The notes under the pieces were generated by a model, which did no database searches, was not told the DNA's origin, and was given only the letters and a program-made list of their open reading frames with translations. Shown one piece after another: positions 1 to 11,512 of a stretch of DNA of 64,000 nucleotides. Position 1 is the first letter of the stretch; every line of letters begins with the position of its first letter. The DNA is from Neophaeotheca triangularis (taxonomy: Eukaryota): the NCBI GenBank assembly GCA_054600435.1, contig BAAIJX010000004.1:310001-374000 (forward strand), given 5' to 3'. Both the position numbers and the translations under genes were made by a program.

Positions 1-289
1 TAGTAGCATTTACGTGAATGATCTTTCGCTGGAGCTTCGTGAGATGCTGGATGTTGCTTGTGAAAAGGGGGGGTTGACGGTCAAGGAGGCGACGTTGAAG
101 TGGTTTATCCATCATTCGGCGCTGGGGGATGAAGATGCCGTTATCCTTGGCGGCTCGAGCGTTCAACAGATGGAGGAGAATCTTGCTGCGACTGAGCAGG
201 GGCCCTTACCGATGGATGTGGTTGAAGCTTTTGAAGCGCTGTGGAAACGGTACCGCGATGCTGGGAAGGCCCCGGCGTACTGCGTGTGA
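1..289 (+). CDS. Aldo-keto reductase, AKR7/aflatoxin B1 aldehyde reductase-like; 3' part only, gene begins upstream of the window
   Basis: C-terminal AKR-type motif LKWFIHHSAL...DAVILGGSSVQQMEENL...GPLP.DVVEAFEALW; stop at 287-289. Confidence 0.8.
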   Translation, partial: SSIYVNDLSLELREMLDVACEKGGLTVKEATLKWFIHHSALGDEDAVILGGSSVQQMEENLAATEQGPLPMDVVEAFEALWKRYRDAGKAPAYCV

Positions 290-367
290 AGATCGATCAG
301 CTTCGCTCTGTGAAAGTGTATCCAACGGCGGCTCCATGAACAAAGATTGCCACCCCTGTTGTCATCT

Positions 368-2145
368 TCACAGCCCCATCTTCTGCCAAATTTTCCTGCG
401 GTTCTTCACGGGCTCCGGCCCATCTACAATCTCCACTACGTCGGCTACGCGATGGCGAAAGCTCTCGTTGGCTATCGATTCGATGTCGATATCCACCACG
501 TACAACACGCGTCCGCCGTCTATAATCGTTTGCACGTCCACCCTGACCCGGTGCCAACGTAGACTCATGACAGTACCCGGCGGTTGCGGCTGAAAAGTCT
601 CCTCCATAGCAGCCATGCCTTGAAGCCCCTCCTTCTCTCGAGCTTCGAACCCAATCTCAAAGTTCTCGTGAGAGCCCATCAACAACCCGAAGTCTTCCTC
701 GTCCTCTCTTCGCCTAAATAGTATTGCCGCGGAAAGTTGTCTCGAACCTTTTTGGAACTTGAAACATGCCGGAAACTCCCTAGGCATCCATTCGCGAGCG
801 TGGGACGTAAGAGCCGGCATGAAGTGCCGATCTTCGGCCGAAAGACCCTTCTGTACAACGTCGACGATACCGTACTCTTCCCTCGCCGCTTTGCAGCGTC
901 GGAGCTGGAAGAAGTGGTGAGGGTAGACCTTGTGTCCAGCGGGCCGAAGAACGTTCTGGCGCACAAACACTGTGCTGAGCTGGCCACGCACTTCCAGACT
1001 GCCCAGTCGCTCGCACTTGACTCGCACGTACTGGCTATCTCCCTCGTCCAGCTTTTTCAGCCAGATAGCCAGGAACCCGCTGTACTCTGGCGGTGCTGGA
1101 CAATGCAGCGCTGCCACGTAAAGGTCCGGCCCCATACGGCTGAGGTGTAGTTGAATGCTCAGGCCGCGGTTACTCATGACATACGGCGCTCGCTCTTCCC
1201 AATCGTGATAGCCGAATTTGTCGCCAGCGCCGTTGAAGTCACTAGGTGCGTCAGCCAGGAGCCCGTGGTAGGCTTCGCTATCCGTGCCACGAGGTTTCGC
1301 CCAGGCAAAGATGGACTGGTCATCACTCTGCTTCATTATCTCCTCCTGCAAGCGCTTGAAAGCTCGCATGCCCTCGCCGTAAAGCATCGGCATGTTGACG
1401 TCGAAGAGACCCATGAGGCAGTATGCGTTGTCCTCGGAGCGGGTAGTCTTTCGCGCCGCCGCCCAGGAGAAGCGTTTCGCGACGCTTGCGGAATCCAGAG
1501 GCCTGTACCCAGTTAAGAAGTCTGCGTCGATACCGGTGATGGCGGCGATTTGTTTGGCGAGAGTGTTTTTCGTGCCTAGAGCTACCCAGTTCCGCGAGTA
1601 GAAGATCACGTCTTTCGGCGCGAGTAGCTCTTGCAGCGTCCTGCGCCGGGACTGTTAGCGGCGAAGCACAGCCGAAATGATGAATATGCATACCACCCTC
1701 TCTCCCACCATTCGCTGCTCGCAAATGCCGAGTATGGATGGTCCAGGTCGACATCGTCCGGAACATCGGCCAGATAAGCGTAACAGACGACAGCATCTCT
1801 ATACCAGGCAAACATCGAATTGATGGCTTCGCTCAACTCGGACGAGCTGGCTTTGTTGATGCATGTCGTGTCGGCCCAGATGTAGCCCCAGCCATCTCGT
1901 TGCGCTTGTCGAAAGGCGCCTTCGAGTTTCCTGGAGCCGCCTTGCTTGTGTCTCTCCAAGATACGTGGGTTGGGCTCAGCTTGCACATCCTCGAATTGAA
2001 CTTCCGGGTGCACAGTATCCGTCAACTTGGGTTTAATCCAGACGTGCGAGAGGATTGCGTAGAGCGGAGTTTTGTCTTCTGGAAAAGAAGAAAGTTGGAA
2101 CTCATGCTTTCCCGGTTCGAAAGGTCCAGTCTTGAGGAGACGCAT
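368..2145 (-). CDS. HET-domain (heterokaryon incompatibility-type) protein; exons 2145-1694 and 1640-368
   Basis: HET motifs MRLL, YAILSHVW, YIWADTTCINK-SS-ELSEAINSMFAWYRDAVVCYAYLADV and RGW|TLQELLAP. The motif is joined across a 53-nt GTATGC..CTAAC..CAG intron (1641-1693). Followed by R.TTRSEDNAYCLMGLFDVNMPMLYGEG..AF.RLQEEI...SDDQSIFAW. Confidence 0.92.
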
Positions 2146-2751
2146 AGTGGGTGTTCAGACTGCTATTACCTGCTTATTGCTGCGTTCGATAGTCTACCGC
2201 AATCTTGCCTCGAAGTCATGTTGCCGTTGAGTTGGAGTCTATGAAATACCTGGACATCGTCGGCTGCAGTGGCCGCCGATCGAGCCCTTGGCACCCAACC
2301 ACCATGCGTTGTGATTGATGGCGCAGTGAGTACAGCAGCTGAAACTGGTGGCGCATCCAACATTGTGTGCGGCTGAGTGCCTGAGCCAGATCATAACCAT
2401 GCTTAAGCGCGCTTCTCCTCGACCGGTCAAGTTTGTAGATGCGTGGATTGGCTGAGGCAGTGCTATGCTTGGCGAAGGATCAATCACAACCGCGGCCCCG
2501 GGAGATGAACGGGCGCAGCCTGCACCAACCCTAGGTACCGGAGCACTGTTTATAGTTTCCTCTTGATCATGTGCAATGTGTTGGTTCTCCTTCAAAAGGA
2601 ACTAAAAAGAATGCATCCAAAATGGGTGGTTCCTCGTCGAGCGTACTCTTCTCTTCGAATCACTTCGCGCTGCTCCCACGTCGATTCTCCAAATTGGACG
2701 CCGGCGCTCATCGACCAGATATAATACTGTAGTCTGCGTTCAACCAACACA

Positions 2752-3651
2752 ATGACAGCGCAGAATCGCAGCTATGTCATCGACATGAGCGAGCTGAACC
2801 AAGACCCGCCCTCATTCGCTGAGAGCGAGCGACGCAACGACCAGAACGGTGATATCGTTCCCGTCAACCAGGAAAACGAACAACAGCAACCGCAACAAGG
2901 TGCGTTTGTTGAGAAGATTGAACCGTGAGTAGGCTCCCTTGTCAGAGTCTGGACGCCTCGTTGACAGTGAATCGACAGCCCCGACTACTCACATTACACT
3001 CCCGGGAAGGACCAACAACAACTCGGCACCGGACAACAGCCCAGCCCTAATGTCCCCGTCGATGTGATACCGCCCGAGCAGATCCAATACGTCACCCCTC
3101 TCGAGAACCTCGGAGAAATAGCGAAATGGATCGACTGTCCTTTCTGCAAGCGACGAACAGAAACCCGCGTGCAGCACGAAGACTCCTCGGCCACAACGCT
3201 CGCGGGGGCCGTATGCTGTCTCTTCTGCGTCTGCCTCACCTGCCTACCTTGCATGATGGGCTGGTTCCAGGACACCGACCACTTCTGTAAGGGGTGCAAT
3301 CGTAAAGTAACACATCAACCGCACGACGGGCCAGTGCAGGTCCAAGGGCCCCGGCCTTCCGGTCAGCAGGTCTCAGTATATCACTATCCGCAGGGACAGC
3401 AGCAGATGCACTATCGGCCGCAAAATCAGGACGGGCCTTACCAGGGCAGCCCATTGCCGCCTAACAGTCCTTCCACCCAGCGTGGCCTTCCGAATGGCGT
3501 TCACCAGAGTGTGCCGCCGCAAGCTTCTGCCATTGCCAGAAATCCATCCAGTCCCCAGCAGCAGCAGGAGCCACAGCAACACTCGCCCCAGCAGCCGAGT
3601 ATGTATCAGTCGGCGGGTCAGGCTTCCCCCGAGCCCGTCAGATTGGCGTGA
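2752..3651 (+). CDS. LITAF-like zinc-ribbon domain protein; exons 2752-2924 and 2979-3651
   Basis: CPFC, then a hydrophobic Cys-rich stretch (AVCCLFCVCLTCLPC), then HFCKGC. The phase-2 intron GTGAGT..CAG (2925-2978) joins ATG 2752 in frame. Gln/Pro-rich tail. Confidence 0.85.
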
Positions 3652-4354
3652 GGAGATTATTGCGGCGTCGTTGTGGTTCTTGCATGGTTTGAGAAAGGCC
3701 ACAGTGTTCTCTTGCGCATTCTAAGTACGTCCGGGCTGAAGTCGTGAATAGTCGATAGCGCTGCTGTTTCCATCGCTCAATAGCTTGATAATTGCTTGTA
3801 CCTTACTCTGAGTGCGCGCTGATACCGGCTTCTAAGGGTTGAGATCTGCTCGTGCGGCAGCTCTACTAGATTGTCTGTTTGCGCTGTATCTGCATCGGTC
3901 AATCTGCCATTGGGAGAGTGTTAGGGTTTGGGGTCCTTTTCTACAGCGTCGTGAGCATCTTTGGTATCCGGGTGGCTGGCCACGGCTAGCTCAACCGCAC
4001 CAACCACAAGAATTCAGCGGGTGTGACGTCAAGTCCAACTTCAGATCATCAAGTGAAGATTGCTGGCGAAATACTTGAAAAGAACGTCGCGAAGAAGAGA
4101 TCGCGGATTGTGACTTAAAAATGAATTGCCTGTACAATGAGGGGCGACCACTCAGGCCGTAAAGGACGATTTCGCGTGGGCCATCGATGAGCTCACGCGG
4201 CATGAACTGCCCAGCCCATCTTCCAGGTTGGAAGGCTGTTCGAGTGACCCACCTGGCAAAGTGACATGCCTCGCAGGAACCAAACCTGACACTCTCCGCA
4301 CCACTCTCTTTCCTCATTGACGTCTCAATATCACCACGCAATTTCCAAACAAAA

Positions 4355-5272
4355 ATGTCGAGATTCCCACCACCGCCAGGCCAGGGCGCATACCCAGAAG
4401 ATGTCAGCGCATCCTCAGGTGGCTATGCGCCGTACAACCCAGCCGACTACGCGGGACAACCAGCATCCCACTATCCACCCCTCAATGACGCTCGTGGCTC
4501 GGTGCGCGAAAGCGGTTACGTGCCATACGAGTCCGATAGAAGCGTAGAGCCGCGGTCGCGCCATCATGGCTCGCATGGCCAGATGGCGCCATACGATCGC
4601 GCCAAGGCGCGCTCCGGGTACGATGACTACGGACCTCCTCGACGCTCTGACCACCGTTCCAGTCACCGACACCGGGATGACTACGATGACTACGACGACT
4701 ACGATGTTCGCCGCAGCAGTCGTGGCACTCGCGAAGTCTCGCGCCGCTATGAAGACGACGATAGACGTCATGTAGAGCGCGAGCGCCGTCACCGTGATGG
4801 ACGCTCAGTGGAGCGCTATGAGGAACCGAAGAAAGGAAACCGATTCGAGCAGGCGATGGAGAAGCATGGAGACAAGATTGCGACTGCTGCCGGAGGGGCT
4901 GCCGGCGCTTTCCTAGGCCGTAAAGCCCAGGGTGGGAAGCTGGGAACTATTGGTGGTGCGTTGGCCGGCGCTGCCGGCGGTAATCAAGCGGAGAAGCAGT
5001 ACGAGAAGCACAAGAAGGAAAAGGATGGGTACGCGTATGAGGAGGACAGCGATGATGGAAGGCGGCGGCGATCCAGGAGGCACAGTCACAGCCCTGTGGG
5101 TGGAAGGAGAGAGAGGCGCTACGAGGAGAGTGCTGCCGGCGGCTCATCGTATGGCGGTGGTCGAAGCAGGCGAGCCAGGAGTCACGGCGCTTCTAGGAGG
5201 CGTAGCCTAAGCAGTGACAGTTACGACAGCTACGATAGCCGCGACGACTACAGGAGACGTCCGCGCTATTGA
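4355..5272 (+). CDS. Arg/Ser/Asp-rich protein with a glycine-zipper 2TM motif
   Basis: 305-aa ORF, ATG in a CAAAAATG context; motif AAGGAAGAFLGRKAQGGKLGTIGGALAGAAGGN. Confidence 0.75.
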   Translation: MSRFPPPPGQGAYPEDVSASSGGYAPYNPADYAGQPASHYPPLNDARGSVRESGYVPYESDRSVEPRSRHHGSHGQMAPYDRAKARSGYDDYGPPRRSDHRSSHRHRDDYDDYDDYDVRRSSRGTREVSRRYEDDDRRHVERERRHRDGRSVERYEEPKKGNRFEQAMEKHGDKIATAAGGAAGAFLGRKAQGGKLGTIGGALAGAAGGNQAEKQYEKHKKEKDGYAYEEDSDDGRRRRSRRHSHSPVGGRRERRYEESAAGGSSYGGGRSRRARSHGASRRRSLSSDSYDSYDSRDDYRRRPRY

Positions 5273-6188
5273 GTTGGTCAAGCAAGGTTGCACGCGGTCA
5301 TGGGAAGAGCCGGACGAAGATTGGTAATGGCAGTCATGAGTAACGAATGTATGTCTCCCATGAAAACTTTGACATTGCAGCGTAAAGGTGAGGTGAGGTG
5401 AGGTTGAGCTTCGTGCCTTCCCTTCTCGTCACGCTGTGTTGACATCTTACCCCTTTCGGCCAAGAAGCACTCTGCTTATTTCGACCTCGTCTGTCTCTCA
5501 AACTCCAACAAACAGAAGGTCACTTGCGTATAGTACTAAAGGAGCCCCATCTGTCCCTTAGGTTTGGAACATCCGCATATCGCTGCAGAGCTGTAAAGTC
5601 TTGCTCAGCAACCTTCTAGAGGCCTTCCTTCGATTCCGTCATCCATGCCCGCGAACATAGTTGATTCTCTAGTTGTATCCTTGGCAGCATACCTACGTTT
5701 GAGCGTGCCTCGGTGGCGGCGAGATTGGCCCTAGTAGAGGGCTCGCAGTGAATGTCGGTAGGTAGCTGGTACTGCTTCCCCTGACCCCCTCACCTGCCTA
5801 GTCCGTTTTCTTGAATGTCGCATTCGACGCCGCTTTTGACGCCGCGAGCCAACCACTGTCAAGAAAAAGATGTGATGATAATTGCCATGGGCGTGCAAGG
5901 CGGCTGGAAAACCACAAGGCCTCGAGCTTTTTCAGGGGTGGGTCTATCGACTTCAATTCCGCCAAAAAGACGGCACCAAGCCCGTGTACCCAGGGAAGAA
6001 TGGAGGAGAAGAAAGAGAAAAGAATCTATGACTTGGGACTAAGGAACAGACCTGGTTTTGATATTTCGAACATCCTCTTCCAAAACTGCAGCAGCCAGAG
6101 ACCCGATAACATCGCACCCATCGCCCAGACGAAAACCCAATAGAACTCCCATTGACAGCAAAAAAAGCTCTGAGCCGCGTAAACCAGC

Positions 6189-7314
6189 CTAAAACCCCCA
6201 GTAGACCGACCTACAAACCCAATCATCGACCGAATACAAAACCTCCCCAACACTTCTATAAACCCAAAAACCCACATACCCATTACTCGCCACACCGGCT
6301 GCAGCACCCTCCTCAGCCTCACCAGCGTTACCAAAAACGTTCCAGCTGACCGTGGCGCCGGTGCCGAAAGTTACGGACCCCGGTCGCTCATTGCGTGTAA
6401 GAGCCGTGGAAGACGTCGACATAGTCATCGGGCTGTCGGTTTACGTTGCCGCCGTTGGGGTCAAGATGTCTGTAGTAGGCTACGCCGCTGCTGATGGTGC
6501 CGGTGCTGCTGGATTCGCAATTGACGAGGTAGTTGCCGTCGCCTGTGTTGGATGCGTGGCGGGTGGGTTGCGGGGGCGGGACTATGGGGGTTGTTTCGGT
6601 GGGTTGCGTGGTTGAAGCGGGCACTAGAAGCACGGTTAGTAGAGGTTGTTCTTAGACTAATAAGAAGGGGGGAAGATTGAATAAACTTGCCCTCGATCGC
6701 GTCACAGACGATGTGCTTGTGTTCGACGAGGTTCGGTGTGTCGCAGTTTCCTTGGTAGCTCCAGTTTATGAAACCGCCATCGCCCGCACGTGTGAATTCG
6801 CCCGACTCGAAGACGTAGATTTCGTAGCCTTTCGTCTTCGGGCTAGTGAGGGCCAGCTCCTGGTGGTAGTGTGGCTAAGTCGATTCCGGTCCGAAATCGT
6901 ACTCGGTGTTCTGGTCATGCCAGATGGCGACATTCATATTCGGGTATTTGTTACGCAAACTTTCGACCATGCCCTTGGTGAACCTCATTTGCAAGGCGTG
7001 CTCTATATCAACCATATCGAAAATGGCTGTGATGCCCGAGATGGCTCGGTTCACGACATCTACGGCCACCGCCGCTATTTCTGCAGCAAGTGCAAGCTGG
7101 CCTGCACCATGGTCAGAATGCAATGTTACTATAGGAAAGATATGTGAAGCTCAGCCTGCCGCGCTTCGAGAATGGGAGTCCCGCTGTCTTCACGGATGGC
7201 CATGGCTTGGGAAGCTTTCTCGTTCCCAGTAGCGAAGTCCTGCGTCATGGGGGCGGCCAGGGCTGAAGGCGCGGCTAAAAGAGCACCAAACATGAAGAAG
7301 CGAGAGAGATACAC
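6189..7314 (-). pseudogene. Disabled gene for a secreted two-domain protein (GDGG.INW-motif domain, Pro/Thr linker, Cys-containing small-secreted-protein domain)
   Basis: Signal-peptide-like start. Reading continues through an in-frame TAG (6877-6875) to GYEIYVFESGEFTRAGDGGFINWSYQG. GC-AG intron at 6624-6690, then NYLVNC..SGVAYY..QPDDYVDV. A frameshift near 6390 leads into ERPGSVTFGTGATVSWNVFGNAG..CRSVYWGF*. Confidence 0.75.
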
Positions 7315-8052
7315 GTTGCGGTGGTCTCAAAGAAGGGATAGAGAGGTGAAAAGGGTAGATGTGATGAAAGTTAATTATTGCTGTGGGCGAAAACTTCTTG
7401 CTGGATTAGACGAGAAGAACGAGAGAATTGGGGTCCTACTTGTATTCCAGCCTTTGATGAATCTCAAAGTCCTCATTGATATTGCTCATGAACGATGGTC
7501 TAGGGATATGCTCGGATCTGCAGTAGCACGATGGTCTTCGCCTCCACCAACATCGACTGTGCGCTGACCTACCCCGACGTGAACTCAATGCGAAGATGGA
7601 GTCGGGTCATCTGGAAATGTTTCGAGGTGTAAAGTCTTCAAGGCTGACTTGACCGATCCTCAGCCTCGTTCAAGTATAAGTCAGGCTTGAAGCGAGGGTG
7701 GTAGTTTGGCGGTCATTAGGCTGCACTATGATACATATCACGAGCCTTGGACTTTTCTTCTGCATGCTGGCGATGCTCAATGTCGAACGAGCGAGCTGCT
7801 AAATTAGCTGGTTTCACGTCCGTGAGAGTAGCAGAAGGTGCATGCAGCATTGCAGAAAGAAGGGCGCAGCAGCTACCGAAATATATCTCTTGGCGGGTGA
7901 AGTTGACACGGACCATGCCCAAGCGGACCGCGCCTCCTCGGAGAACTTAGTGCATTGAATGCCTCTGGTAAGGTAATCCCAGAGCATCTCTCGAGTAACT
8001 ATGCCAGAAGCCTGAGAGGTCTTTGGTAGGAGTCAAAGACTATCAGAGGTAG

Positions 8053-9096
8053 ATGCTCTTGCGCCATGGCTTCATCGCCCGAAGCCTGGCACGTCAATGG
8101 CCCCGAAGCCACGCGACCGCAGCCACTTCTGCCGTGAAGAAACCTAGGGGTCGGCCTCGAAAGGCTGACGATAGGGATGACAATGCAACTCCTAGACAAT
8201 CTGGGTGGGAAGACGCGCTCGAAGCAAGCTTGAGCAAAGAGCTGCGTATCGCGAAGAAGCAGACCGAAAAGAAGCAGAAGAAGGAAGACAAGAAGGAGCA
8301 GGACGAAGAAGCTCAACCAGGAAAGAAGCGCGCGCAAAAAGCACCCAAGTCCAGTACTTCCACCAAAGCGACCAAGAAGCCTGCAAAGAAGGCCGCAAAG
8401 AGTGCCCCAACCTCTCCTCCCACGTCCAAAAAACCCCCGACCCCCGAACCCCGCCTCTCCGCCCTGACAAACACCAGAAACCACCACGACCTGCCCTCCT
8501 TCCTCGCCCACGCAGCCCAGAACTCCCTCTCCAAAACCTCCTCCGTCTACCGCGGCACTCACTACGAATACACAGTGCAGTCGTCCCTGGCAGCTTTCAA
8601 CCTCTCGCTCCAGCGCACCGGCCGCTCCAACGACCTAGGCATAGACTTGATAGGAACGTGGGAACTGCCTTCAGAACAGACGATGCAGGTTCTGGTGCAG
8701 TGTAAAGCTGCCCGGCCGCTGCCGAGTATGGTTCGAGAGCTCGAGGGGGCGTATGCGGGTGCGCCGGCGGGGTGGAGGGGGCAGGGGGTTCTGGCGCTTT
8801 TGGTCCTGGATCGCGCGGCTACTAAGGGGGTTAGGGAGGCGCTGCAGAGGAGTCAGTGGCCGATGGGGGTGTTGGTTGTGGGGAGGCAGGGAGCGGTTAA
8901 GGGGTTTGTGTGGAATGCTGTTGCGGAGGAGAGGGGGTTGGCGGGGCTGGGGGTCACGGTTAAGTATGTTGAGGCTGAGAAGGCTGTTGAGGTTGGAAGT
9001 GAGGATGGTGGTGTTGGGAGCGAGCCGGGTAAGTTCGAGAGGAATATCACTTTGACGTGGATGGGGCAGCCTTGGGTGGCTGGAGGGGTAGCTTGA
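8053..9096 (+). CDS. RRG7: Required for respiratory growth protein 7 (DUF2034), mitochondrial, PD-(D/E)XK-like fold
   Basis: Arg-rich presequence-like N-terminus; motifs GTHYEYTV, GRSNDLGIDLIGTW, VLVQCKA, PSMVRELEGA. Confidence 0.85.
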   Translation: MLLRHGFIARSLARQWPRSHATAATSAVKKPRGRPRKADDRDDNATPRQSGWEDALEASLSKELRIAKKQTEKKQKKEDKKEQDEEAQPGKKRAQKAPKSSTSTKATKKPAKKAAKSAPTSPPTSKKPPTPEPRLSALTNTRNHHDLPSFLAHAAQNSLSKTSSVYRGTHYEYTVQSSLAAFNLSLQRTGRSNDLGIDLIGTWELPSEQTMQVLVQCKAARPLPSMVRELEGAYAGAPAGWRGQGVLALLVLDRAATKGVREALQRSQWPMGVLVVGRQGAVKGFVWNAVAEERGLAGLGVTVKYVEAEKAVEVGSEDGGVGSEPGKFERNITLTWMGQPWVAGGVA

Positions 9097-9565
9097 ACGA
9101 TTAGACATTGGGAGAGCTATGCGAAGCGTGATATTCTTCTCGGCGTTGAAATGCAACATACCCGGAGGGCTGGCATGGTGACCTAAAAGCATCGTAGCGG
9201 GTAAATGCGCACAAACACAACGCCGAACCTCCCTACATCGTAGCCTCCGCCTCCGGCATAAACAGAGAACATACTAAACCCCCTAGTTCCGAGAACGAAC
9301 CAAGTGCCTAGCAACATCTCCCATGCAAAAGAAAACAACCCCACGCAAACCCTCCAACAAACCCCATCAATCCCGAGGCGTATCAGGCAGCGCATCAACC
9401 CAAAACTGCACATTCCCTTGATAATTGACTCTCCCCCTCCACGCCTCAATCCTGCCATTGGTGAAAGCAGAATTCCAGTTGACGCCACTAACGGGCTTAG
9501 TATCCCTCTTGCCGCCCTTGTAATCATCCTCGTCCTCGTCACCATCCTGCTCGTTCCCACTGCCA

Positions 9566-11512
9566 CTACTTCCTCTCTTCGTCCCGGTCACTTCGCTCGC
9601 TGCTCTTGTTAGTCTTCTTGTGCCTTTTCTCGTCTCGGATCTTCTTCGCCACTTTGTTTGCGCGAGCGCGAGCAGGGCCGGGGGGCTCGGTGGCGGTTCG
9701 TCCGGGGTGCATGTTCTTGTCGCGGTTGCCTTTCTCACCTTTGCTGTTGTTGTTGTCATGGTTTTCTTCCACTGCGGTTTCGCCCATCTCTTCGTCCGTG
9801 TCTTGCCAGTCGGGTTCTTTGGGCTTGTCTCCTAGATCCATGATGTTGTCGCTCAGGGTGGCGCGGGCTTGACTTGGCTTCTTCGCTTTCACCGTAGCGG
9901 GAGCGGGATCGTCTGGCTTGCGAGTTGGGGCAGACGCCTTGTGCGATGTGCGGGTAGGGGGTTGGGCGACCGCGGTGTTGCTGCTGGCATGCTCATATGC
10001 GTGCGTCATCTCGTGGTCGGGCATGTCGTCTTCGTTGTCGTCAGACTCTTCGATAGACATGATAACATCCTGTTTGTCATGAGCGGATATTTTGCTTTTA
10101 GCCTTCTTCGAAGTGTCGACACCGGTAGCGTCGTGTCCAGCATCTGCCACGACACCAGCTCCGCCTCCAGCTTTGTTCTTTGCCAAAGCCTTTTGCTTGT
10201 CCTTGGCAGCAGAGATAAAGACACCTGCAGCGCGAGCCTTCTTCCCGCCCGACCCGGCTTCATCATTCGCCTTGCGCTTACGCTTGTCCACAGTATACCA
10301 CTTCATGCCCTGCTCGTCCTCCTCATCCTCATCATCTCCCTCTTCCTCATCCTCATCATCCTCATCCTCCTCCTCTTCTTCCTCAACCTCCTCATCATCT
10401 AAAGAACCCCGACCAACGCCCTCCTCCGCCGCCAACCCAGCCTTATACTCCTCCCACAACCTCGCACTCTGCCTCCGCCGCGCCGCAACCCTATCCGCAT
10501 CCTTCGGCACCACTCTAACCTCCACATACAAACTACGGCCAATACGCCGATCCGCCGAACGATCCCAATCCATCAGACTGTTCAACTTCAACCCGGGATC
10601 CGCGGTGAAATTGAAAAGCTCCAAACAGCCTTCGGCCTGCGGCTGCATCCAGAGCTCGAGATCCCACGACCCGGCCAAAGGCTTCTCGAAAAGTCTCCTC
10701 TCGCCGTGATATTCGTCCGCCGTGGGAGGGACTCCCGCGTACTCCGCCAACCGACCCAGGCGCAAATAGCTTTTCATGAAACCCTCCATCACGCTTCTCG
10801 TATCTTCGAAAGGGCGCATGTCGGCTCGCCAGTCGCCGGGGAGGTTGAGACTGTTGTCTGTTGTCAAGGAATCACGGGCGCAGATCATGAATTCGATGGC
10901 GGAAGCTTCCCTGGGAGTGCCTGAGGGCGCTGGAGTCATTGCGGTGGTGGTGAAACGCCTGGGGGCGTCCGTGAGCTTGCCTGGCGCGGGTAGGAGGGCT
11001 CTGTTGCCTAGAAGTACGTTTCCGGGACGAGGGGGGTTGGCGTAGTCGTTGTTGAGGAGCCAGACCGCGCATTCTGTGACGGTAGGGTTGTCGCGGAAGA
11101 GCCGCATGAAGAAGGGGTCGTATTTGATCCAGTTGTTGCCAGATGGTCGGAAGGTTGTGCTGGTTTCGATGTCGCCGATGCTGATGCCGTTGCAGATTCT
11201 GGTGTCGGCTTTCATGTATTCTACCTTGGGCTGCACGCCAACCTTCCTTTTGATGACGATCATGAAGATTGTTGGTAAATCTGGCGGGTCATCGTCCATG
11301 CCGGTGCGATCGAATTGGCCAATCCTGACATACTCGATCGGGCCATGCTTCTTGATGTCTGCCGCTGTAGCGACTTTGTTGCAGGAGGAAGACTGAGCCT
11401 TGTCCGTGGCCTTTTTTTTCGCCGCGCCTTTGGTGACCTTCTTCTGCTTGGGGAATTTGGAAATCTTCTTCCCGGTGGGAGCTTTTGCTTTGGGGTATGT
11501 TGGCCGAGCCAT
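9566..11512 (-). CDS. Uncharacterised protein: basic N-terminus, globular core, long acidic tract and an NLS-like KRKRK
   Basis: Long uninterrupted ORF; first ATG at 11512 (MARPTYPKAK); core shares motifs with the locus at 61864->64000. Confidence 0.75.
   Translation of the reverse strand: MARPTYPKAKAPTGKKISKFPKQKKVTKGAAKKKATDKAQSSSCNKVATAADIKKHGPIEYVRIGQFDRTGMDDDPPDLPTIFMIVIKRKVGVQPKVEYMKADTRICNGISIGDIETSTTFRPSGNNWIKYDPFFMRLFRDNPTVTECAVWLLNNDYANPPRPGNVLLGNRALLPAPGKLTDAPRRFTTTAMTPAPSGTPREASAIEFMICARDSLTTDNSLNLPGDWRADMRPFEDTRSVMEGFMKSYLRLGRLAEYAGVPPTADEYHGERRLFEKPLAGSWDLELWMQPQAEGCLELFNFTADPGLKLNSLMDWDRSADRRIGRSLYVEVRVVPKDADRVAARRRQSARLWEEYKAGLAAEEGVGRGSLDDEEVEEEEEEDEDDEDEEEGDDEDEEDEQGMKWYTVDKRKRKANDEAGSGGKKARAAGVFISAAKDKQKALAKNKAGGGAGVVADAGHDATGVDTSKKAKSKISAHDKQDVIMSIEESDDNEDDMPDHEMTHAYEHASSNTAVAQPPTRTSHKASAPTRKPDDPAPATVKAKKPSQARATLSDNIMDLGDKPKEPDWQDTDEEMGETAVEENHDNNNSKGEKGNRDKNMHPGRTATEPPGPARARANKVAKKIRDEKRHKKTNKSSERSDRDEERK

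Noticed and set aside
8053..9096. Restriction-endonuclease-like D..(E/Q)xK motif suggesting a defence nuclease
   Set aside because: Explained by the conserved mitochondrial Rrg7/DUF2034 family; no partner methylase nearby
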